Source of the DNA: the human T2T-CHM13v2.0 reference genome, Homo sapiens
Length of the DNA: 64,000 bases
Strand: one strand, 5' to 3'
Assembly: GCF_009914755.1 (NCBI RefSeq)
Contig: NC_060925.1
Shown piece by piece: positions 62,844-64,000 of the stretch (position 1 is its first letter; the number at the start of each line of letters is the position of its first letter). Under the pieces are notes generated by a model. It was not told where the DNA came from. It ran no database searches and saw only the letters and a list, made by a program, of their open reading frames with translations. The position numbers were made by a program, and so were the translations under genes.

Positions 62844-63161
62844 TTTTTTATTTTTTCTTTTTTTTTTTTGGAGACAGGGTCTCACTCTGTTGCCCAGGCT
62901 GGAGTGTGGTGGCACAATCATGGCTAATTGCAGTCTCGTCCTCCTGAGTTCAAGTAATCCTCCCACCTTAGCCTCCTGAGTAGCTGGGACTACAGGCATA
63001 TAGACACGTGCTACCACGCCTGGCTAATTTTTTAATTTTTTGTAGAGACAGGATCTCACTATGTTTTCCAGCCTGGTCTCAAACTCCTAATCTCAAGCGA
63101 TCCTCCCAGTCCAGCCTCCCAAAGTGCTGGGATTACAGGCCTGAGTCACCTGCACTCAGCC
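62844..63161 (-). mobile_element. AluJ SINE
   Basis: Reverse dimer with J-type CAAGTAATCCTCCCACCT; TSD TCCA(C/G)TGAATT. Confidence 0.93.
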
Positions 63162-63264
63162 TCCAGTGAATTTTTGTCGCATATGACATCTGTAGCATTC
63201 ATCTGGCAGGTAGCATATGCCGTCTTATTCTTTCACTCAAGGGTCTAAGCCCTGTCTCACTCAA

Positions 63265-63560
63265 CACACATTCATTCATTCGTTCACTTGCTGTTTCAAT
63301 AGTCAAGTTTATCAATATTAGGCATCTACTAGGCACTGTGCTTGGCATTAACAGTACCTTCTTATAAGACACCATTGCTGCCCTCAAAAACTTTCCATTG
63401 AGGGCAGAGATAGACAGCCAATTAAAACAAAACAGTATTGTTAAGGGTTATAATATGCTGTCCATGGTGTTATGGGACCACAGAGGAGGGACACCCAACC
63501 AGGTTTTAGGTTTAGAAATGATGACATGTAAATTGAGTCTTGAAAGACAACCAGATCATA
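63265..63560 (-). mobile_element. L2 3' fragment
   Basis: CATTCATTCATTC start, AGGCACTGTGCTTGGC, ATGGGACCACAGAGGAGGG, TTGAGTCTTGAAAGA. Confidence 0.75.
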
Positions 63561-64000
63561 AGTAACCCGAGGCCAAAGGCCCACTCATATATGCTGAATC
63601 TTCCGAAGTCTGAAGCTCAACTCCCTGTAGGCAGTAGGTATTGGAATGTTTGTTAATTATAATCACACAAAGATGGATAATATGAATCAAGACCATAACA
63701 ATGGTGTGGGTCCAAGATACAAAGAGCAGAATTCCAACTCTCAAGTAGTCTTTGGAATTTTCCCTGTTCATTCTTGTGTCCATCATGCCAATCACAACTT
63801 CTGGCACATCCGTGGCACTCAATAAACGTTTCCTGAATGAATGAGCTTGCTCAGACTCACCAGATCCAATTCAACAGGAAGTCCCATGAGCTCTTATTTT
63901 ACAATACTTCTTGCATCGGTGCCTCATTAGTTTTCTACTTCCATCACCTCTTTTTACTTCCCTTTTCACAATTCCTATATGGACCACTAAAAAAGATGCT

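Overview
Primate (catarrhine, most likely human or great-ape) non-coding genomic DNA dominated by transposable elements. I recognised no host protein-coding exon, rRNA, tRNA or CRISPR array, and most short ORFs in the track are Alu, L1 or LTR noise. Main contents: (1) a 5'-deleted HERV-K-type betaretroviral provirus (internal region plus a 3' LTR that I read as MER11D, i.e. HML-7) at ~7.05-10.45 kb. Its env is in one frame for 672 codons, apart from a single TGA exactly at the SU/TM furin site, and the env splice acceptor is intact, so it could encode a secreted SU-only protein. (2) A full-length, disabled L1PA4-like LINE-1 (31.06-37.21 kb) nested in older L1M elements with no target-site duplication. 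(3) 22 Alus (18 on +), including a very young AluYb-lineage intermediate. (4) MaLR LTRs, L2, MIR, MER3, MER102 and a MADE1 hairpin. (5) Several locally templated insertion scars, including a perfect 69-bp inverted copy taken from 8.6 kb away and a 102-bp copy flanked by a 25-bp duplication. Subfamily names come from remembered consensus sequences and should be confirmed with RepeatMasker/Dfam.
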